Origin: Macrostomum hystrix
Lineage: Eukaryota; Animalia; Platyhelminthes
Direction: 5' to 3'
NCBI GenBank assembly: GCA_950097015.1
Contig: CATNEN010000026.1
Span: 1,178,001-1,242,000, forward strand
DNA length: 64,000 nucleotides
Within the stretch, counting starts at the first letter, position 1. Each line of letters starts with the position of its first letter. The notes beneath the pieces are model-generated. The model made no database searches and was not told the DNA's origin. It saw nothing but the letters and a program-made list of their open reading frames with translations. This document shows, piece after piece, positions 12,701 to 23,760 of the stretch. A program made the position numbers and the translations under genes.

Positions 12701-13940
12701 GTGCTGTGGCACAGCAGCGGAACTCTGGTATTCGGCAGTCGCACCGGACAACTTATCATTCTGGAGCGATCTGGTGCGGTGCTCTGCCAGATCTTCAAGA
12801 GAAGAGTAGCTAGGCATAAGATTACCGCCATCGCGACATCACATTGTAAGTTTTCATTCGAGCAACGCATTAATACACTTTGAATTGTAAATCGTACTCC
12901 GTGAAGGTGCGGGTAATTGAAGCCTCCAATTTCATCCAATTTTTAAGCCGGAGAAATGCTTGCCATCGGCGATGCCCGCGGCAGGATCTACTTCGTACAG
13001 CAGCGAAGACGGCAGCAACAGCACCAAAATAATCAGCTGCAGTCACAGCAGCCTCCCGTTGATCAAAAGGAATCCATCGACCAATCTCAAACAGCAGCAG
13101 CCGAAACTCCACGATTCTCCTGGACGATCGTTGGAGAAGTCCGCACACTTCGACGCGCCATTGAGGCGATAGATTTTGCCAGCGATCGATTCGAAGGCTC
13201 CTTGTTGCTGCGAGCAAGCAACCGTGTCGCTGAACTGGCATTTTGTGAGGCCGCAAGCTTCTTTGTGTGATTCTGCGATTTCGGTTTTACAATTTTTTTA
13301 ATACAAATATTGAACCTAAGCTCGGCGTTAAAAAAGTTAGAAACCGACGCTTCACCTTCCTGCAAGGTGACGCGACCAACTTTCATTTGAGCACTGATGA
13401 AGAGCGATTTCGAAATGTCACCTGGAGCACTCATACCTGCATGTGCTGCCATTATTCAGTTGGTGAGTGACTGCTTGCGTTTAATGGTGTTTTAAAACCT
13501 GATAATTTTCGGCTAAAAATGGTTGTAGTTTGTTTAGTTTCTGGCCTCATTATGACTTAGAGTTAATAACATGCTTATAATCTTGAAAAAACATTTTCAG
13601 GCGTGTGGAACTCCGAGGTGGCCGCCAAAAGGAACATCACTGCGATGGACGCTTGCCCATCGAGAGGCCTACTTGCTGTAGGGCTGGACACTGGCCAGGT
13701 GCTGCTGTACCACCTGCCGTGCCTCAACCCGAAGGTATTGGAAGGCGTGAGTTCATATTTAGCAGTCTAAACATGTTGAAAGCTGACTCCGGGTCCCCAT
13801 TCCATATCGCCAAGCAGAATGGCTACCGAGTCTATCACGGGCCTGCACGCATAGCTGCACTGAAGTTCCTGTCTGATGGCGCGCGCCTCGTTGCCGTTGG
13901 CGGATCTGAGGCCTGCATTATGCAGTGGAGCGTGCTGTGA
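3777..13940 (+). CDS. EML/EMAP-like protein (EF-hand-like N-terminus + HELP motif + WD40 repeats). 14 predicted exons: 3777-3903, 6207-6751, 7569-7666, 7761-7902, 8342-8787, 9277-9441, 9849-10011, 11189-11596, 12028-12597, 12683-12845, 12948-13244, 13367-13462, 13601-13734, ~13818-13940
   Basis: Splicing 8787 to 9277 reconstructs LELDWVYGYRGNDCRRNL, the HELP motif. WD repeats follow (QRHYREHKADVKCVCVHPDG, IVTGDSSGGIAVW, VFVTAGYDSQVRM), and the C-terminus LVAVGGSEACIMQWSVL is EML-type. Exon phases are consistent throughout. Confidence 0.88.
3925..4550. repeat. 20-bp minisatellite GAGAGTGAATGAGGGAGGGT in EML intron 1
   Basis: About 30 tandem units visible. Confidence 0.95.
5350..6200. repeat. 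11/12-bp minisatellite (T)GGTTGCATCAT running up to the acceptor of EML exon 2
   Basis: Tandem units visible; source of the WLHH / GCII / VASL ORFs. Confidence 0.95.
6768..7175. repeat. 14-bp minisatellite ACTGAACTGTCCTG
   Basis: Tandem units visible in an EML intron. Confidence 0.95.
7187..7525 (+). mobile_element. tRNA-derived SINE-like family B copy
   Basis: Head ...GTCCCTGAGCTCGATTC and body GGGGGCTTG..GCAATTTA.GC.CTTGAGGG. Other copies: ~9560-9725(+), 10830-11080(+), 11625-11880(-), 14462-14645(+), 16190-16460(-), 20640-20820(-), 34420-34690(+), 41705-42045(-), 48265-48390(-). Confidence 0.75.
7935..8250 (+). mobile_element. tRNA-derived SINE-like family A copy
   Basis: A-box-like TAGTGGTTAGAGCG and B-box GGTTCGATTCC, then a non-tRNA body and a TTA-rich tail. 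Other copies: 17030-17124(-), 25385-25480 (partial), 37020-37285(+), 55485-55795(+). Confidence 0.8.
8815..9200. repeat. ~43-bp minisatellite GGGTTGCTTGTTCTCTCAAATC(C/T)GATTGGTTGCTGATAATGGAT
   Basis: About 8 tandem units in the intron that splits the HELP motif. Confidence 0.9.
10090..10535. repeat. 17-bp minisatellite GGGAGAATCACAGGTTT
   Basis: Tandem units visible; source of the GESQVWENHRFGRITGL ORFs. Confidence 0.95.
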
Positions 13941-14311
13941 ATGAGCAGCCTGTACACCTTAGCCTCAAGGTGTGCAGCTTTCGTACAGTTATGTAGCCTT
14001 TGAAAATAGTTGCTATTAATAGTCTACTGGTTACACTTTTACCTCGAGCGTATTCTCAGAAGCAACGGTTTGTTTCACATAAACGAATAAATGCATAAGT
14101 TAATTCACGATTTGAAGATCGTTTCTACGAGTACTTGATAAAAAGCATAACAAGTTAAGCTTCCACTTAATCTCAAGACTTGCAATTCGTTTTGGTTCGG
14201 AGTCCAAAAAGCGGAAATAACTATCAAGTAAGTCCTCGTGGGTTCACAAAATTGCACAAAAGAGGCAAAAATTACAAATCTTTAAAAAGCTACATTCATC
14301 AAAAAAATATG

Positions 14312-14405
14312 AACATCAAGGATGTCGCTGGCGCCGGCGCCGGTCGCTAACTGGCGATTTGAGCGCTGACCTGAGACTGACCAACACACAATAGACTTAC
14401 AATGG
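14312..14405 (+). pseudogene. 5'-truncated remnant of a type A prepropeptide gene
   Basis: AAC ATC AAG GAT GTC GCT GGC GCC GGC GCC GGT CGC TAA encodes NIKDVAGAGAGR*. It is followed by the type A 3' flank CTG.CGAT.TGAGCGCTGACCTGAGACTGACC. No signal peptide or promoter lies upstream. Confidence 0.8.
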
Positions 14406-15197
14406 ACTTGTGAAAAATACTCATGCAATAGGCTGCTCAATAAATGTTTTATTTGGTGTCTCTCGTACCAAGGTCCCTGAGCTCGATTCTGCGGCGAGGT
14501 CCTACTCATTTGGGAAATTCAGGGCAGGTGTACACACCTGTGTGAGCATGTGCCTGCAACGGTATCTGTGTGCATGTGTCCAGAATTGCCTCCTCGCTGG
14601 CTGTGGATCCAGTGTCACCAAATGGCGTGCCATTGCCCTGTAGCAAAAATATGTATTATATTTCATTTCCTTTGAATTGTGAGTCACAGATTGCATCGCA
14701 TATAGACAGTATCAGAAAACTTGACGATATCTTAAAAGGAGCTATCTATCTGTCCGTATTGCTGAATTTTCGAAAAGAACGAAAGTACTGCCCCTAGGAC
14801 TCGCCAGGACTAGCAGAACTTGATGCCTACGGCGGGTCAAAATGAGCTGTTCCATTAGATTAGGATATACATGTATAAATTCAGCTGATCATTCCTCACC
14901 ATTACTCACAACCGTATTCCGACCAGCCTTTCCTTGAGCTACTCGTACAACTCAACAACTGTTCCAATAATTCTATATAATTACGTCGCGAAAAAACAAA
15001 GAACCGCACAAAAATGTTTTCTTGGGAAAAATACTCATACGTTTACGATAGGCTGCTCACTAGAGGTTTTATTTGATGTCCAAGTTATTACATAACTGTA
15101 CGGAGCTGTAAGACTGATAAGAGTAGTACATTATGGGGAGTATAGAGTAAAGTCCATTGTGTGTCGGTCAGTCTCAGGTCAGCGCTCAAATCGTCAG

Positions 15198-15431
15198 TTA
15201 GCGACCGGCGACGGCGCCAGCGACGTCCTTGACGTTCCTGATGATGCGGATGACCTTCCTGATGCGGATGCCCTTCTTGGCCAGGTGCACGGCTCCCTCG
15301 TCCGACAGACCCTCGATGTTGGACAGGGCCTCCAGGGCGGCCAGGGTGTCCGCCTCATCCGACTGCTGGCTGGGGCTGGCGGCGGCCAGGGCGGCGCACA
15401 GCAGGAGTCCGAGAGCGAGCTGCCACTTCAT
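15198..15431 (-). CDS. Secreted cationic prepropeptide type A, copy A1 (I57 variant)
   Basis: Intronless 77 aa: signal MKWQLALGLLLCAALAAA, acidic pro-region, KK, GIRIRKVIRIIRNVKDVAGAVAGR. TATA and conserved box upstream. Confidence 0.9.
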   Translation of the reverse strand: MKWQLALGLLLCAALAAASPSQQSDEADTLAALEALSNIEGLSDEGAVHLAKKGIRIRKVIRIIRNVKDVAGAVAGR

Positions 15432-15529
15432 GATTGAGTCGGGTCTGAGCTGTCTCTTGATGAGGCTGAGAGTCTGAGTTTGACTGTTAGTCGTTGAATT
15501 GTCCTCCTTGCACAGTCGAGGGCTCCGAA

Positions 15530-15558
15530 TTTATAGCCGAGTTTTCGCACGTGTTTCC
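15530..15558 (-). promoter_or_regulatory. GGAAACACGTG box + TATA of A1
   Basis: The box lies 117 nt upstream of the ATG; CTATAAA follows it. Confidence 0.75.
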
Positions 15559-17029
15559 GGTCAGGCATCGAACTGCACTGTCAGGTGACATTGAGCTCAC
15601 AGTGCTGGAATTCCCTTCCCCATGTACTATGACTAGGCGGTTTATGTACTAGGCGGTTTAATCCTTCTTGAAGTCTAACTGCATTTTTTGTTTAGTCAGT
15701 GCACAGCGTGCTTGTAGTATTAAATGTTTCTGTTCTTGAATGGACGAACATTTGTTTGCTCTAAGAAAATGTTTCCTTAATGCAACAATTTCTTTTACGA
15801 GATTATCATTATCATTACCTGATTGCAGATGCGAGCTAGAAAGTGGCCACGCAAAGATTGTGTGCAGTTTGCGGGCATTAAATATTTGCTCTGAAGACAA
15901 AGTTGTTTCATCTATTAGGCAAACCTTTCACAGCTCGCTTCGAACTTTCAAGCTCAAAGTTTCCAGTGCTCTTGCTAGATTTCCTTTTGGTATGCATCAG
16001 ATATGTCAATCGATTTCGTCCTTAACGTAATGGCATTATGCTTCCTTTCACTTAAATTTGAACAATTTCGTTTGCAGATCTAAGGCTAGAATTACGATTT
16101 TAACTTACTCCTGTTGAAGGAGAATGGTGAGAATCGAATTAAGCGATCTTGTATATGAAATTCGAATTCAAAAGCAATTTTGATTTGTATATTGCAGGAG
16201 GGCTGTGGGTACTAGAACATAGTTTGGTGACACTAGACCCGCTGTCAGCGAGGAGGCAATTCTGCCCATTTCGCTGACTCCTGAGCACACACGCACACAG
16301 ATACCGTTCGCAGGCTCACACTCAAACAGCTGTGAACACCTGTCTTGACTTTCTCATCGTCAGGCGGTGTACACTCTCACTGTGCCTTGGAGGTTGGCCC
16401 TCAATGGCGCAAATTGCACGACAAGCCCCCAAACCTTCTCTACGCGGCTGCGCCCCAAAAAAATAATAATTTGGCAAAAGAGCGTGTTAAAAATAAAAAT
16501 ATCGCGTCACAGCTACACATGTCGGATTATTCATCAATCAAATCTCTTTTTTGATCCTCCGTAGTTGAATCTTCGTTGAATCTTGTCATTGGTTTAGTCA
16601 CGAAAGTGCAGTTTTTGCAGTAGTTTGAAAAGTAGGTAAATTAAAATATTTGCAGGTCATTTTAATAGTTTTAATTTATTTTAATAGCTCTAAATCAGTC
16701 GTTTTTGCTACCCTAAAGTTTTTTGAGTCTCCGCGGCAAAATTTAGTCTTTGAAACACCGAGAAGCACCTGGGAAAAAGAAGTCCACGCTTCGTCCCTAC
16801 CACAAATCACTCAGACATCTGTCAGTCATTCCGAGCAATTTTCCGTGTTCCATTAACACGGAACAGCCGCAGCTATCGCGCGGACCATTTGAAGGCTGCG
16901 TACGGCTGTTCAGTCCGTGGACCGGAGGGACGCCACACCCACCCTCAATTGCCCTAGCTGATGCTGGTACACATTTCATAGTTTTTGGGTGAACTGAAGC
17001 AATGTAGAGTTAAGTGTTCTACAATGTAG

Positions 17030-17124
17030 AGTTAAAGGACTCAAGTTGTTCCAGTCGATTCGAGATTCGAACCCCCGACCTTCAACTCATGAGTCTGACG
17101 CTCTAGCCGCTAGTCTAAAACCCC
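17030..17124 (-). mobile_element. SINE-like family A head fragment
   Basis: Reverse complement reads TAGCGGCTAGAGCGTCAGACTCATGAGTTGAAGGTCGGGGGTTCGAATC. Confidence 0.7.
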
Positions 17125-17883
17125 TTAAGGACAAAGGATATACTCGTATGAGCTAAAAAGTTCGTCAAATAAAAGTAGACGTAGATTGGACATGCGCAGG
17201 ATTAATGTAAGAATATATACCGGCTATTGAGGGTGTAATAACTAAGGCCGGGGCTATCTTTAGTGTGCAGACAAAACTTTCACCTTTACCGCCACACTGA
17301 GCGCGCGTCTATATTATTTGCTAGAACTGGGGTGGCGACACCCACCCCGCTCCGCAACCAATCAAACGACCCAGGTGTACACCTGGGCCTGGCTCACGTG
17401 CGTACACACTACAGAGGGTATCAATGTAATAATAAAGACTGGTGATTGAGGGCATCAATGGCTGTGTCATCAAAGTCATAGACATTGACGCCGGAAATAG
17501 CCAGTCTCTATTGACATTGAAAACCGCAGTGAACCAGTAGTCCATTAATGTCTGCTGCCAGTGCCACCCATTTGAGACGCGGCAAAATTGGCGGTCAATA
17601 ATTTAGACCATTAATGACCGCTGCTGATGTCTATGGCAAGCACCATGACAGACGAATCCTAGAGGTGGGAGAGAGAAAAAGTGCAGAGTGTGGAAAGAGG
17701 GCAAGCACCATGACAGACGAATCCTGTCGAATGCAGAGTGTGGAAAGAGAGCCCTCTTTGTCTATGGTCAAAATCAACACAACTCGAATCAGAGTGATAT
17801 AAAGACTGTTTTCCGCCCAGAGCGAATGGAATTTCATCTGATTTTGAACGAACCGTTTTTGAGCCTACGTACGACAGATTAAG

Positions 17884-18317
17884 ATGGACGAGACATGCCC
17901 ATATCCGACTGGTCTGCTTCATTTATTTAGGCAGCGTCTGTGACGTCTGTGGCCTGATGATGGAACAGATTCAACAGAGAATGGAACGAGAGGCCGAGAT
18001 GGAAAGAATGACGATGGAAACCCTGCCCGAGCTAGGAATGGAGGACGTGGATGAACTTCTGAAGGTATGCGAAGACTCCAAAACGTAGTGCAGATATGGC
18101 CAGATTATCCGATGTCATCAGCAGTATTGGTTCTGACGTCGACGAAGTTCAGGCACTGTCCGTAGCGGCACCGTTGCAAAAACTGGTGCCGAATCAAGTG
18201 ACGGCACCGGGCGACAGTGAGCGACCGGTGAATAGGCAAATGGTGGCCTCCGCAATCAGTGGCACTTTCCAAAACTGCACCTTCAATTTGTACATGGGCA
18301 ATGCCGATCAGCAGTAA
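17884..18317 (+). pseudogene. Broken small ORF with a C-terminal SGTFQNCTFNL tail, possibly a Crypton/DUF3504-type element remnant
   Basis: An acidic coding-like stretch (MEQIQQRMEREAEMERMTMETLPELGMEDVDELLK) is out of frame with 18096-18317. The FxNCTFN tail recalls Crypton-derived KCTD1/ZMYM/DUF3504 proteins (recall only). Confidence 0.3.
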
Positions 18318-19902
18318 AAAGATAATCGACACGTAGAAAACTGTCTATCTGACTATCTACCTATTGCGACGTTATTCCTGTTACTGTAATACATTTTCAT
18401 GCCGAGAGTATCCGTAATGGTGGTCCTCATTTGCCACCTATATTTGTCTGTGTTTATGCCATGTTTGTTACTCAATCAAAAGTGCAAATATATATGTCAG
18501 AAACGCGTGACTGCTACCTCACGCAGAGAAAAGACAACCTTGTGCCATAGACAAAACGTGAGTCGCAGAATTCATTAATGACAGCTGAGAGCGATTTTCA
18601 ATGGCGGGAATCCCAGCGTTGCTCAATGAAAATGCACACTTAACGTTTGAAGTACGGGAATCCAAAGGGAATTCCCACGGAATTCCCCATAGACATAGTT
18701 TAACGATGTTCGTTAAAACCCTTGCTCAGCGTTGTTCAATGCAGGTATATGTTAGCTCTCATTTTCTTTCGACAGTCAAAAGCATAGTCCCATGTCAATG
18801 GTCCCAATCAAGCATAGACCTGACCTACTATTCTGACAAAAAAAATATAAATAGAAATAACTTTGAATTTGACGACTACAGTAGCTAATCCCACTGCAAT
18901 ACTCGTATAGATTCGACACCAACTCGCCGACAGTCCCTGATATTGTAAGGCAGTTTCTTCTGGCTGCTGAAAACACCGTCAGGTTCGTCTGAATTCCGGT
19001 CTCTGGAAATGAGCTTCCAGACAGCTTTGCCAAAAATATGCAGCAGCCCCCTTGAGAACGAAAATGCCTGCCATTGCCGGGGCCTTACCAGCAGAAAAAG
19101 ACAATGCTATTTTCTCCCCTGGGGAAGACCACAATACCCCCCCTGTCTGCTTCACGACAGCTCCCAAACTAAATGACGGAATTTCGTGAAATGTCAAATA
19201 CCCTGGTAATAAGGACAACTTACTCTCTGTATGAACCTCTTTGGCATATTTATATTCGTTGAGAAGTGTATGAATTAACAATATAATCAATACAAAATAG
19301 TCAAAAATGGTAGCCGACATGATTACATAATAAAAGTTTGAAAGCGAAAACTTTTTGTCTTTTTTGTGGCTTCTTGCCACCTACCTCTGTTGTTTTTCTA
19401 CTGTTAGCAGAGGCCGCGGCCCAAATGCATCCTTTGATGATGTCTTCAGATTCGAGAAAATCCCACATCCGGCTCGTCCGATTACCTGCCGGGCGAGCTG
19501 ATTTATTCTCTGGCGAAGATCACGCTGCAGAGAGGAGCAGCTGACCTCCCAGACGGGCCAGCGCTCTTCGTAACGCGCTGCAGCAAGTCAAGTAAGGCAA
19601 TAATTAAAATCCATGCTACTCGAAAAGCTACAGAGTTGTTTACTCATCCGCTGACAATTTCAACCATAAGCGTGTGCAGTGACATCAAAATGGCAGGGAG
19701 AACGACTCGACTGTGTAAGTTGTAAAGCCAAGCGTGCGATCTCAAAGTAAACTAAACACAGGTTAAGTAAATAAACTCCAACTAAGTGGATGAAGTTCTA
19801 CTCGAAGGACTTTTTGCACAACTCGAAGTTCAACCGGCTCTTGGTTCGGGTCAGCAACTGTGTACTCAACCCACGGGTCGGTGTGAAGCTTAAAAGCTCA
19901 CC

Positions 19903-19933
19903 GGAAACACGTGGCAAAAAAACAAGCATAAAT
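19903..19933 (+). promoter_or_regulatory. GGAAACACGTG box + CATAAA of B1
   Basis: The box lies 118 nt upstream of the ATG at 20031. Confidence 0.7.
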
Positions 19934-20030
19934 GCGAAGCCCCCGGCTGGGCAAGGAGGACAATTCAACGACCAACAGTCAAACTCAGACTCTCAGCCTC
20001 ATCAAGAGACAGCTCAGACCCGACTCAAAC

Positions 20031-20270
20031 ATGAAGTGGCAGCTCGTTCTCGGACTCCTGCTGTGCGCCGCCCTGGCCGCCGCCCTGCCCAGCCAGCAGA
20101 TGTCGAGCGAGGAGGCGGAGACCTTGTCGGCGCTGGAGGCCCTGTCCAACATTGACGAGTCCAGCCTGACGGAGGAGTCAGCTGCGCACCTGAGCAAGAA
20201 GTTCCGCCTGATCCGCGCCGTCAGGACCGCCGTCACGATCGCCAAGGTGGCTGGCATGGTGATGGGCTGA
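20031..20270 (+). CDS. Secreted cationic prepropeptide type B, copy B1 (79 aa)
   Basis: Signal MKWQLVLGLLLCAALAAA, pro-region with 8 D/E, KK, FRLIRAVRTAVTIAKVAGMVMG. The ORF-track start at 19932 lies in the TATA region; the homologous ATG is at 20031. Confidence 0.9.
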   Translation: MKWQLVLGLLLCAALAAALPSQQMSSEEAETLSALEALSNIDESSLTEESAAHLSKKFRLIRAVRTAVTIAKVAGMVMG

Positions 20271-21283
20271 GTGCTTTTGACAAGTACACCAGTTTCTGAC
20301 CGGACAAAGACCTAATATCGGCTTATAACGTATAATAAATGTGTATCTTACTAGTAAAACAAAGCGGAGCTGCTGTAGGTTGTATTTCGATTGTAATAGT
20401 AATCAACAGCTCTTTCTTGGAGCTGCAATAAAATACACTAGATAGTACCCGTCAGCCCCAAAGCATCGGTTCTTTTGATTTTTTTCGTTGAAAACTAATT
20501 TCTGGAATATTTCAGAACTTATAAGTAATATGCGAACTAGTTCGCGACAGAGATCTGAGAGTCTGAGAAGTCAGATAAAATAACAGGTAATTAAAAATGT
20601 ATTAAATAAAAACAAGAAAAAAATGCAATAATACGAGCGTAATATCTGTGGAGGTCTGCGGACACTGGTACATCATTTCGTGACACTAGTCCAGCAGCCA
20701 GCGTGGAGGCAATTCTGACCATTGCGCTGCCTCCTGAACACAGACGCACACGGACACCGTACACAGGCACACACACGCTTGTGTGTACATCTGCCCTCAA
20801 TTTCTTATTGTTAGGTATTGTCCAATTCCATTGTGACTCGGGGTAGTGCCTGAAGGGTATGTACTGTTTAGTCGTCTAATCATTAAGTTGCAATTGTGCT
20901 CTTTATTTTGTCGATTTAATCGAATCGACTCTTACTCATTAAACCTAAATTACAATAAGAAAATAGCGAGTTTGATAAGAAATTCTATTTAAGCCAATCG
21001 GCGAGTACAGTAAAAGTGTTCACTCTTCCCCAGCAGGCATGAGTCCTATCGTCGATCGTCCTTAAATGTGATCGTCCGCATACAAGAGAATGTAACAAGA
21101 ACCAAATTGCGGGGGGGCAATAAAGTCGGAATTTATTTGATCGATGTTGAAATTTATTTTAAGCAAACAGTTAGTAAATCTAAGCAGAGCTCTTTAGTAA
21201 CTGATACAGATATTTTTTATCGGAGGTTGAGAGTAAAGTCCATTGTGTGTCGGTCAGTCTCAGGTCAGCGCTCAAATCGTCAG

Positions 21284-21517
21284 TTAGCGACCGGCGACGG
21301 CGCCAGCGACGTCCTTGACGTTCCTGATGATGCGGATGACCTTCCTGACGCGGATGCCCTTCTTGGCCAGGTGCACGGCTCCCTCGTCCGACAGACCCTC
21401 GATGTTGGACAGGGCCTCCAGGGCGGCCAGGGTGTCCGCCTCATCCGACTGCTGGCTGGGGCTGGCGGCGGCCAGGGCGGCGCATAGGAGGAGTCCGAGA
21501 GCGAGCTGCCACTTCAT
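21284..21517 (-). CDS. Prepropeptide type A, copy A2
   Basis: 77 aa, consensus protein; two synonymous Leu codon changes in the signal peptide. Box at 21634-21644. Confidence 0.9.
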   Translation of the reverse strand: MKWQLALGLLLCAALAAASPSQQSDEADTLAALEALSNIEGLSDEGAVHLAKKGIRVRKVIRIIRNVKDVAGAVAGR

Positions 21518-22969
21518 GATTGAGTCGGATCTGAGCTGTCTCTTGATGAGGCTGAGAGTCTGAGTTTGACTGTTAGTCGTTGAATTGTCCTCCTTGCACA
21601 GTCGAGGGCTCTGAACTTATAGCCGAGTTTTTGCACGTGTTTCCGATTAGTGATCAGTCTGCAGACTGACAGGCAGGTGAGTCTGAGCACACAACGTGGT
21701 TTGATTGAGCTTGCATTTTCCTGTCCGACCATATCCTAATCTGTGATCAAATCTCAGTTTAGTCGCCAATATCGTCTAAGATCAGCCATGCAGAGACATT
21801 TCTTCCAACCCTTGCAAACCATGCAGTCAGCGCATATTTACTTTGCTAAATGTTAACCAACACTTGGAAACAATACATGTTGAGAACACATTACATGCTT
21901 TAAACACGCGGGCATATAGACTCACATGGAAACTGAAGAGAAAACTCTCTAACAGAAGTATAGACTGACTGGTTGTCCACATGTACACTGGCCTTTTTGG
22001 TACTGGTATATTTCTTCGAAAAACTTCATCGATAACTCTAACACATTTTTCTAATATTTTCAACATCAACTTCGCTTGAATAAACGGGCACTATTTTCTT
22101 CAAAGAGCAAAACATTTTACGATAAAGATCTTCACAATCACGTTTTGGCTTTAAAATCAGCATTTTGATATTATTAAATTTCTCTTACGCTATTTTTCGC
22201 CCAAGGCATGACCATGGGACGTTTTTAAACACCCACTGCCACTGCCGATAGCTCAGAAACCGAATGACGATTTCGTGAAAGTGCAACATTTGAATATAAT
22301 AATTTTTATAAATTATTGAACAAATATGGATTCGCCATAGTGGATTATACAGAGCTGTCGAGATAAACATCTCTCCATAATATTTATAATTTAATGTCTT
22401 AATTTTTCAGTTGCTCACCCAGATTTATTCTACATTTGTTTGTTCCCGCAATGCTGCACTCCAGCTCACTTAACATTCTGATTCCCATAGAATTTCACAC
22501 CGCAGTGTAATATAAAATCCGATTTCGTCGTTAATGGACGTTTAATGGGCGCATTCTGAGCCACGAATCTATCGTCTATGGAAATGCGAAGTCTTGAACC
22601 AGTGTGCCATATAATGGTCCCGAAAACGGGGCCCATTAAACCATATAATGGGCGCCAAACCAAATCGAATTTCATATAAAATAGTGGCTGCTCAATTTGC
22701 AGTCTATGGTTAAAAAGTCCTCGGCCACGCTCAATAGTCCTCGGCTCGCTTCGCTCACCTCGGACCATTAAACGCAGCCTCAGACTTTCTAACCACAGAA
22801 TGCCAATTAAGCAGCCACTATCATATACTTAATCCCCAGCTTGGCCCGGCCTATTGGCTATTAATTCTGTGCATTTATTATTTAATCGACATATAGTCTA
22901 TGGTCACAGTTGCTGTAAACCGTTTTAGGTTTGCAATCTCGTGAGCCGGGCCAAGCTTTAGGATTAAAT

Positions 22970-23024
22970 CAAGGACAACTTAATAACTCCTTGTTATTAA
23001 CAAGGAGTTATTAAGTTGTCCTTG
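22970..23024. mobile_element. 55-bp perfect palindrome (27-bp arms, 1-nt loop) flanked by an 8-bp direct repeat GATTAAAT
   Basis: CAAGGACAACTTAATAACTCCTTGTTA-T-TAACAAGGAGTTATTAAGTTGTCCTTG, with GATTAAAT at 22962-22969 and 23025-23032. Confidence 0.75.
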
Positions 23025-23595
23025 GATTAAATACTATAATACCCCCCTGATTTCGTTTCTTTGGCCTAGGAAAGGCTGAGCAGGGACTTCTATATTTAGC
23101 AATCTATTCCGTATATATATATAGATTGCTATATATAGAAGTCCCTGGGCTGAGGACCATGGATGAATGAGTAGAAAATTAAAATTGTCTATGGCAATCA
23201 TCAACCAATGAAAAGGCACGGGGGGAACCGGATGCAAAAGAGTCAAAAACGAAAATAGCCAGAGCCAGAATAGCAATCCATTCTATTCATTCATCCATGC
23301 TGAGGTGGCGTTTCTTGGCCGAGGCGAAGCCGAGGCTCAGAAGCGCAGTCTGAAGCCGTTCATAGAATGTATTATTCTATACATATCACTTTAATTTTAC
23401 GTTCGTACTTCTCTCAGCATTCGCTCCTCCCGTAGACACCCCGTACTGTACCCTCCATCGTTTTAGCTACACTTAAATATACTAAGCAAAGATCTTTCTC
23501 AGTCTTACGTCTCATAATTCAACCACAGCATAAATAACAATAAACATTCTTTCCTTAACGGAAATCTTACATTATTTCCTAAACGGAAAAGAGCA

Positions 23596-23760
23596 ATGCT
23601 AGTTGTCCTTGTCACCAGGGTCTCCAATAAGAATCGCTAAATATCTCAATGAAGCTGACGTCGGACGGCTTTGAAAGTTAGTTCATCGTATAGGGCGGAA
23701 AGTTTTGATCCGAATGGTGCGCCTTCACGAATATCGGTCATTCAGTTTGGGAGCTATCGT
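23596..23760. mobile_element. Interspersed non-coding repeat family C (probable non-autonomous DNA transposon)
   Basis: TGCTAGTTGTCCTTGTCACCAGGGTCTCCAATAAGAATCGCT recurs at ~52715-52880. Related segments occur at ~19140-19330, 22245-22370, 26745-27060, 30000-30090 and 52540-52640. Confidence 0.55.

Noticed and set aside
15159-15477. Recurrent antisense ORFs (MCRSVSGQ..., MTFLMMRM..., MPATLAIV...) overlapping each peptide gene, considered as antitoxin or immunity genes
   Set aside because: They are shadow frames of GC-rich coding sequence, with variable starts and no promoter of their own. The synonymous variation fits the MKWQL frame.
19932-20030. N-terminal extensions of B1 (from 19932) and B3 (from 36410) in the ORF track
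   Set aside because: The starts fall in or just after the TATA box, upstream of the likely transcription start. The conserved ATG gives a clean signal peptide.
22730-23400. GCTCGCTTCGCTC and GCCGAGGCGAAGCCGAGG motifs suggestive of Helitron/Crypton-type non-autonomous element ends
   Set aside because: Element boundaries and a second copy could not be established in this window.
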